A model generated the notes under the pieces. The model worked only from the letters and a program-made list of their open reading frames with translations. It was not told where the DNA came from and ran no database searches. This document shows positions 26,964 to 36,625 of a stretch of 64,000 bases of DNA, in pieces. Numbering within the stretch: position 1 is the stretch's first letter; every line of letters begins with the position of its first letter. A program made the position numbers and the translations under genes. The DNA lies in assembly GCA_963749495.1 (NCBI GenBank), contig CAVVMW010000023.1, forward strand, positions 480,001 through 544,000. The letters are read 5' to 3'. The DNA comes from an uncultured bacterium. GTDB taxonomy: Bacteria; Verrucomicrobiota; Verrucomicrobiia; Limisphaerales; UBA8199.

Positions 26964-28220
26964 TCACCCTCCCCTCTGCTCACGCCCCACAACGCCGCGC
27001 CCGCGTGCCCGCCGGCGGTGCCGGCACACGATGTCTTTTATGGCATCGCACACGTACAAGACCTCCGATTCGCGCAGGTCCGGATAGAGCGGCAGCGTGA
27101 CGAGTTCCGGGTAAAGTGAGCTGGCCACGGGCAGGTCGGCCGGGGCATAGCCATAGGTCTGCCGATAATAAGGGTGCAGGTGCAGGGGCATCCAATGGAC
27201 GGAGGCGTGGATGCCGCGTTGCCGGAGTTGGGTGATGAACCGGCGGCGGTCGATGCTCAGGCGGTCGAGCCTGAGGCGGATGACGTAGAGGTGCCAGGAA
27301 TGGATGCGATTAGGCATGACCCGGGGCAGGATGATTTCCTGGACGTCTCCGAGGAGGGCGCTGTAGAAGCCGGCCAGGGCGGCGCGCTGCCGCAGGAGCA
27401 GCTCCGCCTTGCGCAGTTGGTGCAGGCCAATCGCGGCGGCGATGTCCGTGAAGTTGTATTTGAAGCCCGGGGCGATGATCTCGTAGTACCAGGAGCCCTG
27501 GTCCGAATACCGCTTCCAGGCATCGTGCGAGATCCCGTGCAACGACATGACCCGCATCCGCTCGGCGTACTCATCGGACTGGGTGCAGGCCATGCCGCCT
27601 TCGCCGGTGGTGATGCACTTGTTTGCGTAAAAGGAGTAGCAACTCAAATCGGCCCCGTGCCCGGCGGCCAGCCATTTGCCGGGCCGGGCGGCCCCGCCCT
27701 TTGGCTCGCGATAGTAAGCGGGGCAGCAATGGGCGGCGTCCTCGACGACCTTGAGCCGATACCGGCGAGCCAGGTCCTGCACGCCGGCGACATCGCCGAT
27801 TTGCCCCCCGTAGTCAACCGGCATGATGGCGGCCACACTCACCCCCTCCTGGAGGGCGGAACGGATTCGCCGTTCCGCATCGGCCACGTCGAGGTTCAAA
27901 TCCTCGGGCCGGCAGTCCGCCAGCAAGGGCCGTGCGCCCAGGTAGCGAACGACCTCGCCGGTGGCGGCGAAGGTCATGGCCGGCACGATGACGCCCTGGC
28001 CGGGCTTGAGGCCGATGGCTTCCAGCGCCAGGTGCAGGGCCGCCGTGCAGGAATTGACCGCCACGGCGTGCTTGTGCCCCAGGTAAGCCGCAAATTCGCT
28101 CTCGAACTGCATTGTCCTGGGCCCGGTCGTGAGCCAGCCGCTGCGCAGCGTGGCGACGACCTCGTCGATCTCTTCGGAGCCCAGAGAGGGTTTGTAGAAC
28201 TGGATTGTCCGCTTGCTCAT
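26964..28220 (-). CDS. DegT/DnrJ/EryC1/StrS aminotransferase
   Basis: SGWLTTGP, VNSCTAALHLAL, EDAAH, SFYANKCITTGEGGM. Confidence 0.95.
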   Translation of the reverse strand: MSKRTIQFYKPSLGSEEIDEVVATLRSGWLTTGPRTMQFESEFAAYLGHKHAVAVNSCTAALHLALEAIGLKPGQGVIVPAMTFAATGEVVRYLGARPLLADCRPEDLNLDVADAERRIRSALQEGVSVAAIMPVDYGGQIGDVAGVQDLARRYRLKVVEDAAHCCPAYYREPKGGAARPGKWLAAGHGADLSCYSFYANKCITTGEGGMACTQSDEYAERMRVMSLHGISHDAWKRYSDQGSWYYEIIAPGFKYNFTDIAAAIGLHQLRKAELLLRQRAALAGFYSALLGDVQEIILPRVMPNRIHSWHLYVIRLRLDRLSIDRRRFITQLRQRGIHASVHWMPLHLHPYYRQTYGYAPADLPVASSLYPELVTLPLYPDLRESEVLYVCDAIKDIVCRHRRRARGRGVVGREQRGG

Positions 28221-28236
28221 GGATTTGCAGCCGGGG

Positions 28237-29418
28237 TCAGCGCAACTGTTCAGGTGGGGACGCGTGGGGCAGACCTCCGGTCTGCCGGTTGCCGGGGCCT
28301 CTGGCCCCGAGCCTCACAACTCCAAGGGACACGGAGCCGGAGGCTCCCTGAACCGGCAGACCGGAGGTCTGCCCCACAGAACCGTTACGGGTCAGCCGGG
28401 TGCAGGCGGCGGCAGGGCGGCCCTTGAGAATGACAAAATCCAGGACGCCCCGCAGGAAGCCCCAGCCGTAGCCGAAGTGGTAGCAAACGAAGACCAAAGG
28501 CAGCGCAGGCAGCAGTCTCCACTCGGCCCGGCGGGCCGTCAGGAGCGAAGCCACGGCCAGGGACCCGGCATAGAGGCCCGCCAGGAACAGGAGCAGCCAG
28601 GGGGCCGCCCCCAAAGGCAGGGGGGTCAAGACCGAAAGGATCGAGGCTGCCGACAGCAGGCCCAAGGCCAGCAGAAAAGACCCCGGCACCAAGTGGCGCA
28701 GCGAGGCGGGCAGCTTGTGCTTGCGGATAACGCAGACCTTCCAGTAGCCGTACTGGAGGTATTGCTCAAACAAGGCGGCCAGCGAGGCCCGCGGGCGGTA
28801 CCAACTCCGTATCCTCGGGCTCTGCCAGACCGTGCCGCCACCCCGGATGATGCGCAGGTTGTGCTCATCGTCCTGGTTGCGCACCAGTTCCTCATCGAAA
28901 TAGCCGATGCGCTCGAAAAGCTCCTTCTTCCAGCAGCCGTAGATGACCGTGTCCACATAACCCTCGTAGTTGGCCTGATGGGAGCGCGCGCCGCCCACGG
29001 CGAAAGAGGAATGAAATACGGCGCGAATGGCCTTTTCCCAGAACCCATCGGCAATGGTTTGCATGGGACCGCCGACGTTATCCGCCCCGGTCTCTCGCAT
29101 CACCGCCAGGCATTGACATATATAGTCCGGCGCATAGACCGTGTGAGCATCCATGCGAACAATGAACTCGCCTTGAGCGGCCCGGATGGCGATGTTCAGG
29201 CCCGTGGAGGCGATGCGTTGCGGATTGTCGATCACCCGCAGTCGAGGTTCGGCAGCGGCCAACCGTTCGACAACCTGGCGCGTGCCATCCTCCGAGAGGC
29301 CGTCGGCGACAATGATCTCCCAATCGGCGTCCAGGCCTTCCTGGGCCATGAGCGAGCGGAGGCACTGTTCAATCGTGCCCGCCTCATTCCGGCACGGAAC
29401 AATCAAGGTGACAAGCAT
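28237..29418 (-). CDS. GT2 glycosyltransferase (ExoA-like); C-terminus runs through a palindromic repeat
   Basis: IVPCRNE, DGLSEDGT, RMDAH, RNQDDEHNLR. Confidence 0.9.
   Translation of the reverse strand: MLVTLIVPCRNEAGTIEQCLRSLMAQEGLDADWEIIVADGLSEDGTRQVVERLAAAEPRLRVIDNPQRIASTGLNIAIRAAQGEFIVRMDAHTVYAPDYICQCLAVMRETGADNVGGPMQTIADGFWEKAIRAVFHSSFAVGGARSHQANYEGYVDTVIYGCWKKELFERIGYFDEELVRNQDDEHNLRIIRGGGTVWQSPRIRSWYRPRASLAALFEQYLQYGYWKVCVIRKHKLPASLRHLVPGSFLLALGLLSAASILSVLTPLPLGAAPWLLLFLAGLYAGSLAVASLLTARRAEWRLLPALPLVFVCYHFGYGWGFLRGVLDFVILKGRPAAACTRLTRNGSVGQTSGLPVQGASGSVSLGVVRLGARGPGNRQTGGLPHASPPEQLR
28264..28377. repeat. REP-like element with perfect 27-bp inverted arms inside the GT2 3' end
   Basis: GTGGGGCAGACCTCCGGTCTGCCGGTT / AACCGGCAGACCGGAGGTCTGCCCCAC. 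Confidence 0.85.
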
Positions 29419-29464
29419 AGGCGAGTAATCAGCCAGTGAAGGTGGATACCGAGTCCCCGGCGAA

Positions 29465-29610
29465 CCCCTCACCCCAGCCCTCTCCCCTTCCGAAGGGGAG
29501 AGGGAGAAGCGTCGGCAGTCTCTGGGAATTCCAGGCGCCTCCGCTTTCTCAAACTGCTACCGAGAATCCTCCCTCTCCCCATCCGATGGGGAGAGGGCCG
29601 GGGTGAGGGG
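29465..29610. repeat. CCCTCTCCCC..GGGGAGAGGG REP doublet
   Basis: Same palindrome family as the 6325-6613 array. Confidence 0.85.
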
Positions 29611-29666
29611 TCGGCGTTCGGTTTGGTCTTTACCGCGGCCCGGAACCCGGCCACGCTGCCCTTCTC

Positions 29667-31130
29667 ATGAAACGGCTCGGGCTTTTGCTCATCGTCAGCT
29701 TGATCGGGGCGCCGACGGCGGGCGCCGCCGAGTATTACGCCGCCCCCGATGCCAGCGCCGGGGGGAACGGCTCGAAAGCCAGGCCATGGGGGCTCGAAAC
29801 GGCCCTGGCCCTGGCCCAGGCAATCAAGCCCGGTGATACGGTGTGGGTGCGCGGAGGGACCTACCGGGGAACCTTTGCCAGCGAGCTCACCGGCAGCCCC
29901 AGCCAACCGATCCTCGTGCGCCAGTACCCGGGCGAACGGGCCACCCTCGATTGCTCGACCTCGACTCTGCCGGCCCTCACGATCAACGGTGCCTGGGCCT
30001 GGTACTGGGGCTTGGAGGTGTGCAGCAGTTGGCCCGACCGCAGCCGTCCGCGCGCCGCCGGGCTGAGCATCTATGGACCCAACACCAAGTGCATCAACCT
30101 CGTGGTCCACGACGCGGGGGTCGGCATCGGTTCCTGGTCCACCGCAACCAACTCCGAGATTTGCGGGTGCCTGGTCTATTTCAACGGCTGGCAGGGCGGC
30201 CTGACGGATCGCGGCCACGGCCACGCTATCTACGCGCAAAACGCCGCAGGCACCAAGCTCTTCCGGGACAATATCCTCTTCGACCAGTTCGGCTTTGGCG
30301 TTCATGTCTATACCGAGTCGGGCGCCATCCAGGGCTTCGAACTCGAGGGCAACGCGGCCTTTGACAATGGCCTGCTCACCCGCCAGGCGACCCGCTCCGA
30401 CAACTACCTGATTGGCGGTCTCAAGCCCGCTGCGGCCATCGTGCTGCGGCAGAACTTCGGCTATCACACCCCCGGCAAGGGTGGGGCCAACCTCGCCCTC
30501 GGCTATCAGCCCATCCGCCTGCTCCAAGCCCTCTACGGCAACGCCGATGCCCTGGTCCAAAGCAATTACCTGGCCGGGGGCGGCTTGCTCTGCAAGTACT
30601 GGACCAACCTGACCGTCCGCGGCAACACCTTCGCCCTGCTCACCGGCTCGGTCGCCCTGGATCCCGGCCCGGGCGCCCTTCCCTGCCACTGGGACGACAA
30701 CCAGTATTTCCTCACCACCTCCACGCCGTTCAACTTCGCCGGGTCCGCCCTTTCCTTCGCAGAGTGGAAAACACGCACCGGTTACGACGCCGCCAGCCGC
30801 CTGGCCGCGAGCCCGCCGCCCACGCCCCAAGTCTTCGTGCGCCCCAACCCCTATGAAACCAACCGCGCCAACCTCATTGTCTTCAACTGGGGCCGGCAAG
30901 AAACCGTGCCGGCGGACCTGGCCGGCGTCCTGGCTCCCGGAGTGAACATCGAGGTGCGAAACGCCCAGGACTTCTTTGGACCGCCGGTCTGGAGCGGGCG
31001 CTACACCGGCCGGCCCATCCAGTTGCCGATGACCCATCTCACTATCGCTCAACCCGTCGGCGCTGAAGGCCGCGCAAGAGCGCCCGGGCCGGACTTCAAC
31101 GTGTTTGTGGTCCTGCCCGCTCAAAGGTGA
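29667..31130 (+). CDS. Secreted protein, probable right-handed beta-helix (polysaccharide-lyase-like)
   Basis: Signal peptide; YYAAP..GNGSKARPW, PGDTVWVRGGTY, Asn-rich coils. Confidence 0.7.
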   Translation: MKRLGLLLIVSLIGAPTAGAAEYYAAPDASAGGNGSKARPWGLETALALAQAIKPGDTVWVRGGTYRGTFASELTGSPSQPILVRQYPGERATLDCSTSTLPALTINGAWAWYWGLEVCSSWPDRSRPRAAGLSIYGPNTKCINLVVHDAGVGIGSWSTATNSEICGCLVYFNGWQGGLTDRGHGHAIYAQNAAGTKLFRDNILFDQFGFGVHVYTESGAIQGFELEGNAAFDNGLLTRQATRSDNYLIGGLKPAAAIVLRQNFGYHTPGKGGANLALGYQPIRLLQALYGNADALVQSNYLAGGGLLCKYWTNLTVRGNTFALLTGSVALDPGPGALPCHWDDNQYFLTTSTPFNFAGSALSFAEWKTRTGYDAASRLAASPPPTPQVFVRPNPYETNRANLIVFNWGRQETVPADLAGVLAPGVNIEVRNAQDFFGPPVWSGRYTGRPIQLPMTHLTIAQPVGAEGRARAPGPDFNVFVVLPAQR

Positions 31131-31145
31131 CAACTCCGTCGGGAG

Positions 31146-31263
31146 ACCTTTGCCGCAATCTTTGTCGCAACCTTTGTCGAGACCTTTGTCGAATTGGCCA
31201 TTTTTCGACAAAGGCCGCGACAAAGGCCGCGACAAAGGTCCGGAATCCGAGCCTTTCCGATTA
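31146..31263. repeat. CTTTGTCG/CGACAAAG element between convergent genes
   Basis: Shared core; ends at the TTA stop of the next gene. Confidence 0.85.
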
Positions 31264-32679
31264 CTCATGCCCCATGTTCCCATCCCTCACCTTCGAGACC
31301 ACCCCTCTGAATTTGCCGCGCTCGGTCCGGGGGATGTCGGGGACCAGTTCGATCTTCACTTTGACGGGGCCAAGCCGTTGGGCAAACCGCGTTTGTATCG
31401 TCCGGATCTCGTTCTGGCCGAAGCCGGGCCGGGCCACGAGCCGCGCGGTGAACTGGTCCAGGGTCTCCTGGATGACCTGGCCTTCGATGACGTTGGGCAG
31501 GCCGATGAAGACGCCGTGGAACCGCACCATTTGGCGGCCGTCGGGACCCGTGGCCACGTCCTCGAGTCTGCCGACGATCTCCTGGAGGACCGGCAAATGG
31601 GCGCGCCCGCAAGGGCAGGCCTCAGCCGCCCAGGCCCCGCAGTCGCCGATTTCATAGCGGATGAGCGGTTGGACCTCGTTGAGCAGCGAGGTGCAGAGGA
31701 TGCGGCCCTCCACTCCGGGCGGCGCGGGCAGGCCCTGGTCATCGACGATTTCCAGGATGCCGAAGTCGGGGCTCACATGGAGGCGGCCATGCTCGCACTC
31801 GGTCGCCAGGACGCAGTTCTCGACGCAGCCGTACTCCTCGTAGGCCCTGGCCCGGAAGGCCAGGCGCAGCACGGCCTTCATTGGGGCGGTGAGCTTTTCG
31901 CTGCCGAGGATGAGGGCGTCCGGTTCATAATCCAGGGTCAGTCCCCGCTCGAGCATCAGCCGGGCCAGCAGGTAGTGCGAAGAGGCATAGCCGGTGAGGA
32001 CCTTCGGCCGAAAGCGGTTGAAGGCGGCGACATAGTCGGGCGCATTGCGGGGCGAGATGTGGAAGGCGGAAAAATAGACCTGCCTTTCCGCCCAGTTGTA
32101 GCGGTGGAACGGGGGGCGCGCCACGGCCTGGGGGACCACCAGGCGCCCGCCGATCATCGAGCGGGAGCCCAGAATGCTGGCGCCCGCCCAGGCGAAGGAG
32201 CGGGCCTCGCGCGCGGCGATGAACCGGCGATGGCCCTCCACGGAGCAGAGGGCGGTGATGGGTGTGCCGGTGGTGCCGCTGGTGCAGTAGCGGCGCAGGC
32301 CGCCCCGGTGACGGCTCGACCGCGTGGCGAAATCGCCCGGACACTCCCTCAGGTGCTGCTTGGGCGTGGCCGGCAGCCGCGCCAGGTCGGCCAGTTCAAA
32401 CCGGCCCAAGCTGGCGTTGTCGAGCCCCAGCGCGCGCCAGGCCCGGCCATAGTAAGGGACCTGGTCGAGCGCATTGGCCAGGACTGACCGGAGTTGCGAG
32501 GCCAGGTATTGCTCGAAACGATCGGAACTCCACCGCTCGCGCGCCTTGAATTCCTCGACGTAATCGGCGAATCGTCCCCCCAGCCGTTCGTGTCTCCAGG
32601 CCCAACCATAGAGGGAGAGGCCCAGGTTCTGCAACCAGACCGGCAGGAAGGGATAAAGTTGGAGCGCCAGATGGCTCAT
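31261..32679 (-). CDS. Phenylacetate-CoA-ligase-like (CapK-type) adenylate-forming enzyme
   Basis: TSGTTGTP, YEEYGCVE, PLIRYEIGD, GRLED. Confidence 0.88.
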   Translation of the reverse strand: MSHLALQLYPFLPVWLQNLGLSLYGWAWRHERLGGRFADYVEEFKARERWSSDRFEQYLASQLRSVLANALDQVPYYGRAWRALGLDNASLGRFELADLARLPATPKQHLRECPGDFATRSSRHRGGLRRYCTSGTTGTPITALCSVEGHRRFIAAREARSFAWAGASILGSRSMIGGRLVVPQAVARPPFHRYNWAERQVYFSAFHISPRNAPDYVAAFNRFRPKVLTGYASSHYLLARLMLERGLTLDYEPDALILGSEKLTAPMKAVLRLAFRARAYEEYGCVENCVLATECEHGRLHVSPDFGILEIVDDQGLPAPPGVEGRILCTSLLNEVQPLIRYEIGDCGAWAAEACPCGRAHLPVLQEIVGRLEDVATGPDGRQMVRFHGVFIGLPNVIEGQVIQETLDQFTARLVARPGFGQNEIRTIQTRFAQRLGPVKVKIELVPDIPRTERGKFRGVVSKVRDGNMGHE

Positions 32680-32698
32680 GTGGCTCCGGGATGCGCCC

Positions 32699-33084
32699 TA
32701 AATCGAACCACGCAACATTGGCACAACCTTTGTCGCGGCCTTTGTCGCGACCTTTGTCGAAGGCCCCAATTCTCGACAAAGGACCCGACAAAGGCCGCGA
32801 CGAAGGTCCGGAATCCGAATCGAACCACGCAACATTGGCACAACCTTTGTCGCGGCCTTTGTCGCAACCTTTGTCGAAGGCCCCAATTCTCGACAAAGGA
32901 CCCGACAAAGGCTGCGACGAAGGTCCGGAATCCGAATCGAACCACGCAACATTGGCACAACCTTTGTCGCGGCCTTTGTCGCAACCTTTGTCGAAGGCCC
33001 CAATTCTCGACAAAGGACCCGACAAAGGCCGCGACAAAGGTCCGGAATCCGCATGGGTGTGCCAATGTTGGTTGCTCCGATTTA
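32699..33084. mobile_element. MITE-like element with internal 3 x 117-bp tandem amplification, TA at both ends
   Basis: Units start at 32701, 32818 and 32935; ends TAAATCG..CAACATTGGCACA / TGTGCCAATGTTG..CGATTTA. Confidence 0.8.
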
Positions 33085-33747
33085 TGCTCGCGCGCAGCGA
33101 TCGAGTTCCGCCTCGATCCAATCGGCGTATTGGCTGACACGGCCCTGGGCCTCGAAGGCGGAGAGGAAACGTGCTCGTCCATTGCGGCCCATCTCGGCGC
33201 GCAACTGGGCGTTGGCCAGTAACCGGCCCAAACAGGCCTCGAGCGCGGCCGGGTCTTCAGGGGGGACCAGCAGGCCATCGAGTCCGTCCCGGATGATCTC
33301 GGGGATGCCGCCGACGTTGGAGGCCACCACCGGCGTGCTCACCGAGAGCGCTTCGATGTTCACCAGGCCCAAGCTCTCATGGCGGCTGGGCACAGTCGCG
33401 ACGGCCGATTGGGACAATTCACGGAGGACCTGCTCGTGCGGGACCTCCCCCGGAAATTGGCAGACGGCCGCCACGCCCAGTTGAGCGGCCAGGCGCAGGA
33501 GTTTGGCTCGTTGCGGGCCTTGGCCCAGGAACCGGATCTCCAGGCCGGGAAAACGCCGCGCCAGTCCCGGCAGGGCCCGAAGCAGGACATCCTGGCCCTT
33601 GGAATAATCGAGCCGGCCGGGGCAGGTGACACGCAAGGGCCTCTTTGCCGCAGGCTCCGGCGCCCACCGCGCCAGCGGGTCGTCCAGCCCGAAATGCTGG
33701 ACCGAGCACCTGGGGGAGCCGGACAAAATAGTAACAATTAGGTGCCA

Positions 33748-35130
33748 TTACGCAGCTTCCTCGGCTTGAGCCGGGGGGTTGGCAACGCGAATTCGCAGGT
33801 AATCGCTTTGGTTTAAGCGATCCCGAACTTGGTCGAATTGGTTGCCATACAGAGCGCAGCGCAAATCCAGGACGTGGGTAGCTCCCTCTTCTGACCAAAG
33901 CATGCCGGAGCACTTGCAGCGTCCGCCGATAACCGTTTTGCAGCCGGCTTCGACCACCCCCGAGCCGTAGAAAAATCCCAAAGCGCGGTAGGTGGCGTAG
34001 AGCATACGGCTCTGGTTGTGCTCGAAGTATGCGATCTGCTTGCCTGCTGATTCAGCAGTCTGAGCGGCCAGTTTGCCCGTCCTTTCCCGGGCTTGACGCA
34101 GGACTTCCTCCACGTCGTCGGCCAAGAACTGCTCGCGCCAAGTTCGCCACAGGGCCTGGGCGGCGGCAGGGTCCGGTTCGAGCAATTTCGTCAGGTCGGA
34201 GAGATGTTCCAGGGCGTGATACAAGTCCAGAATTTGGAAGGCCATCGGGAAGCACTTCGCCCCGTGGTCCCAAATCCAGGCAGCCCCGTCGCCCAGCAGC
34301 ACCGACACCTGCGCTGCCGGCAGACGGCGGCGGAGGGCCTCCTGGCGTGCCCGCACCATGAAATCGGGTGCCTCTTCAAAGCCTGCCACGTAGCTGGAGG
34401 ACTCAAAGTCCCGCAACGGCAATCCCTCCTCATCAAGGGTGGTTTGGGTAAACACACAAGCCAACTTGACCTCTCGGGTCTTGGCTGAGCCATCGGGTTG
34501 CTTGCCAGGCACGGCCTTCCAATTCCTCGGGCCGCATGGGAACCCCGGTGCCATCAACGGCGATATACATGACGGGAATCAGGCCCGAGTCATGCTTGAA
34601 GGGAGGCAATTGTTCTTGGACCGCCCGCACCCGCGGTCCCATTTCCTGAGCGATGCGCTGAATCTGGCGGCCTTCGACCTGCAGCCCGCAATAGGCTTTG
34701 AGCTCGGCCGCCGCCACGTCGAAGGGATGGCGCGCGGCCGCGCGGCAAATGATCCGCAGCACCCCGGGCGAATAGCCTGCCCACAGACCCAGCGCCTGGT
34801 CCAGCGGGGCACGGCCTTGCTCCCGGCTCGCCCAATAGTAATAGTTGCGCCGTAGGGCCACTAGCCCGAAGAGGGTCAGCGGCTCCTTGGGCCGGCCAGG
34901 CGTGGCACCTTTCGCCTGGGCGGCCCTGATCCTCGGGCACCGGCAGCGCCGGGTCGTTGAGCAAATCCCCCAGAATCCCACAGGCATCGCGGAAGAGCGC
35001 CTCGCGCAGGCCAATTTCCACCGCCTCGAGATTGCGCACTCCCTGCTGTTGCCACTGCCCTTGGACTAACCGGATGAAGGCGTTGGCTTCCCGGAATCGC
35101 TCCTGCCCGACTTCGGTCTGGAGTTTTTTT
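33748..35130 (-). CDS. ISKra4/UPF0236-type DDE transposase, split over three frames
   Basis: YIAVDGTGVPM, TREVK, LGDGAAWIW, ILDLYHALEHL, GSGVVEAGCK. Confidence 0.82.
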
Positions 35131-35452
35131 TTGCGTCGGGGGCGGCTTGACTCAGGCGGGTGATTTGGTCGGTGACGGTGACAAACTCCTCGGCCAGTTC
35201 GCTAAAGCGTCTGTAATTGGCGACGAGGGGTTCGATTTGGGGGGCCTGATCGGCCGGGATGCGCTCGGCGAACTTCTGCCCATGGAAGTAGGCTTGGAGC
35301 ACGTAGTAAGGGCCCTGGGGGGCTTTGGAGCCAGCGCGGGGTTTCTTGAAGAATTGGCGGCTTAAGGAGCCGCGGCGCAACCGGTCGATAGCCTTGATCT
35401 GTTCAAGGATCTGCTCGCGCCGGTCTTCGAGCTGAGAAAGCGAAGCGGTCAT
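35066..35452 (-). CDS. IS orfA (DUF6788-like), ending near an A9 slippery run
   Basis: LRRGSLS...GPYYVL...AKKNS; T9 at 35124-35132 on plus strand. Confidence 0.7.
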   Translation of the reverse strand: MTASLSQLEDRREQILEQIKAIDRLRRGSLSRQFFKKPRAGSKAPQGPYYVLQAYFHGQKFAERIPADQAPQIEPLVANYRRFSELAEEFVTVTDQITRLSQAAPDAKKNSRPKSGRSDSGKPTPSSG

Positions 35453-35458
35453 GGTGCG

Positions 35459-35482
35459 TATTGTATCTAACTAGATACAATA
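35459..35482. promoter_or_regulatory. Perfect 11-2-11 palindrome upstream of IS orfA
   Basis: TATTGTATCTA-AC-TAGATACAATA. Confidence 0.55.
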
Positions 35483-36104
35483 TAGCAACAAAAATCAATC
35501 AGCAGGCGGGCCTGCTCAAATTTTGGTTACTTTTTTGTCGCGCACCCAGCACCTGGCCCTGGCGAGCGGGTACAAGCCGGCGGCGTCGCGGGCGGCGGCG
35601 GCGGAATTGGCGACCAGGTGCGTGGCCAGTCGATAGACCAAGCCCTTGCGGCGGTGCAGCCAGGCCGACCTGACTCTGCCGTTGGGAGTGTCCAGCGCCA
35701 ATTGGGAGCTGAGCGTGTGATAATGGATGGCGCGGACCGGGACGCCACGCAGCCAGGCCAGCAAGGTCATCCAATTGACCGACGCAAAATTGGCGACGAC
35801 GCCATCGGGCCGGGTCGCCTTGAGCTGGTCCCAATAGAACCGGGCATCGGCCAGGTGGGTCGGCCGGCGAGACGGCCAGCAGGCAAACTCGAACGCGGGG
35901 CGAGGGCCCGTTTCGCATCCAGCGGCCATCCAAACCAGGGCCTTGGCCCGGTGCCCGCGCGCGGCCAACTCCCGGCAAAGCCGGGAGAAGAAGGCCGACA
36001 CAACGGTCTCCTCGAGCGAGAAGCTCACCAGGATGCTAAACCTGGAGCCTGGCCGTGTGTGCGGAATAAATGTCACATCGGTGGCCTCTCCCAAAAGCTC
36101 CGAT

Positions 36105-36190
36105 TTCGAGCCTTTGTCGCAGCCTTTGTCGGGACCTTTGTCAATAAATGGCCCATCCGACAAAGGCTGCGACAAAGGCTGCGACAAAGG
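36105..36190. repeat. CTTTGTCG/CGACAAAG element
   Basis: Shared core. Confidence 0.85.
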
Positions 36191-36242
36191 GCTTCCATAC
36201 GCGGGGAGCGGCGTGTCCACGCCGGCTTGTGAGCGCCAATCT

Positions 36243-36453
36243 CCGGCCCAAAGGGCCGGCAGAACCCAGCCCAGGGCTGAGGCCGCCAGGCCGATGCCCT
36301 GGGACAGGCCGGCGCAAGAACCCCTGCGCCCTGAAGGGGCGCCAGAGGGCTCCGGCGCCCCTTCAGGGCGCCTGGCCCGCTTCTATGGCCAAACCCAGGG
36401 CATCGGCCTGACAGCCTCAGCCCTGGGCTAGGCTCTGGCGGCCCCTTGGGCCG
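36243..36453. repeat. Long REP-like hairpin (GCCCAGGGCTGAGGCCG..GGCCGATGCCCTGGG; GCCCTGAAGGGGCG)
   Basis: Mirror-arranged palindromes; second copy at 42737-43125. Confidence 0.8.
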
Positions 36454-36473
36454 CGAGGCAGGATGCCCTGGGC

Positions 36474-36625
36474 TGAATCGGAACAAGCAACATTGGCACA
36501 CCCACGCGGGTTCCGGACCTTGGTCGCAGCCTTTGTCGCGGCCTTTGTCGAATGCGCCATTTCTCGACAAAGGAGGCGACAAAGGCTGCGACAAAGGTTG
36601 TGTCAATGTCACGGGGTTCGATTTA
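36474..36625. mobile_element. MITE-like element, inverted single copy of the 32699 element
   Basis: Same ends and core; its right end supplies the TAA stop at 36623. Confidence 0.75.

Larger units (their letters stand above)
33714..35547 (-). mobile_element. ISKra4-family-like insertion sequence, 1834 bp, 9-bp TSD AGCACCTGG
   Basis: Imperfect TIRs GGGAGCCGGACAAAATAGTAAC / GGGTGCGCGACAAAAAAGTAAC; TSD at 33705-33713 and 35548-35556. Confidence 0.9.
33082..36076 (-). pseudogene. GT4 glycosyltransferase split by an IS (5' part 35548-36076, 3' part 33082-33713)
   Basis: Removing the IS and one TSD restores ...LYPLARARCSVQHFGLDDP...; ESLGLVNIEAL motif. Confidence 0.88.

Noticed and set aside
32699..33084. 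CRISPR array or repeat-protein ORFs (32396-33278)
   Set aside because: Whole units are duplicated; the ORFs are read-throughs of a dispersed repeat, open on both strands.
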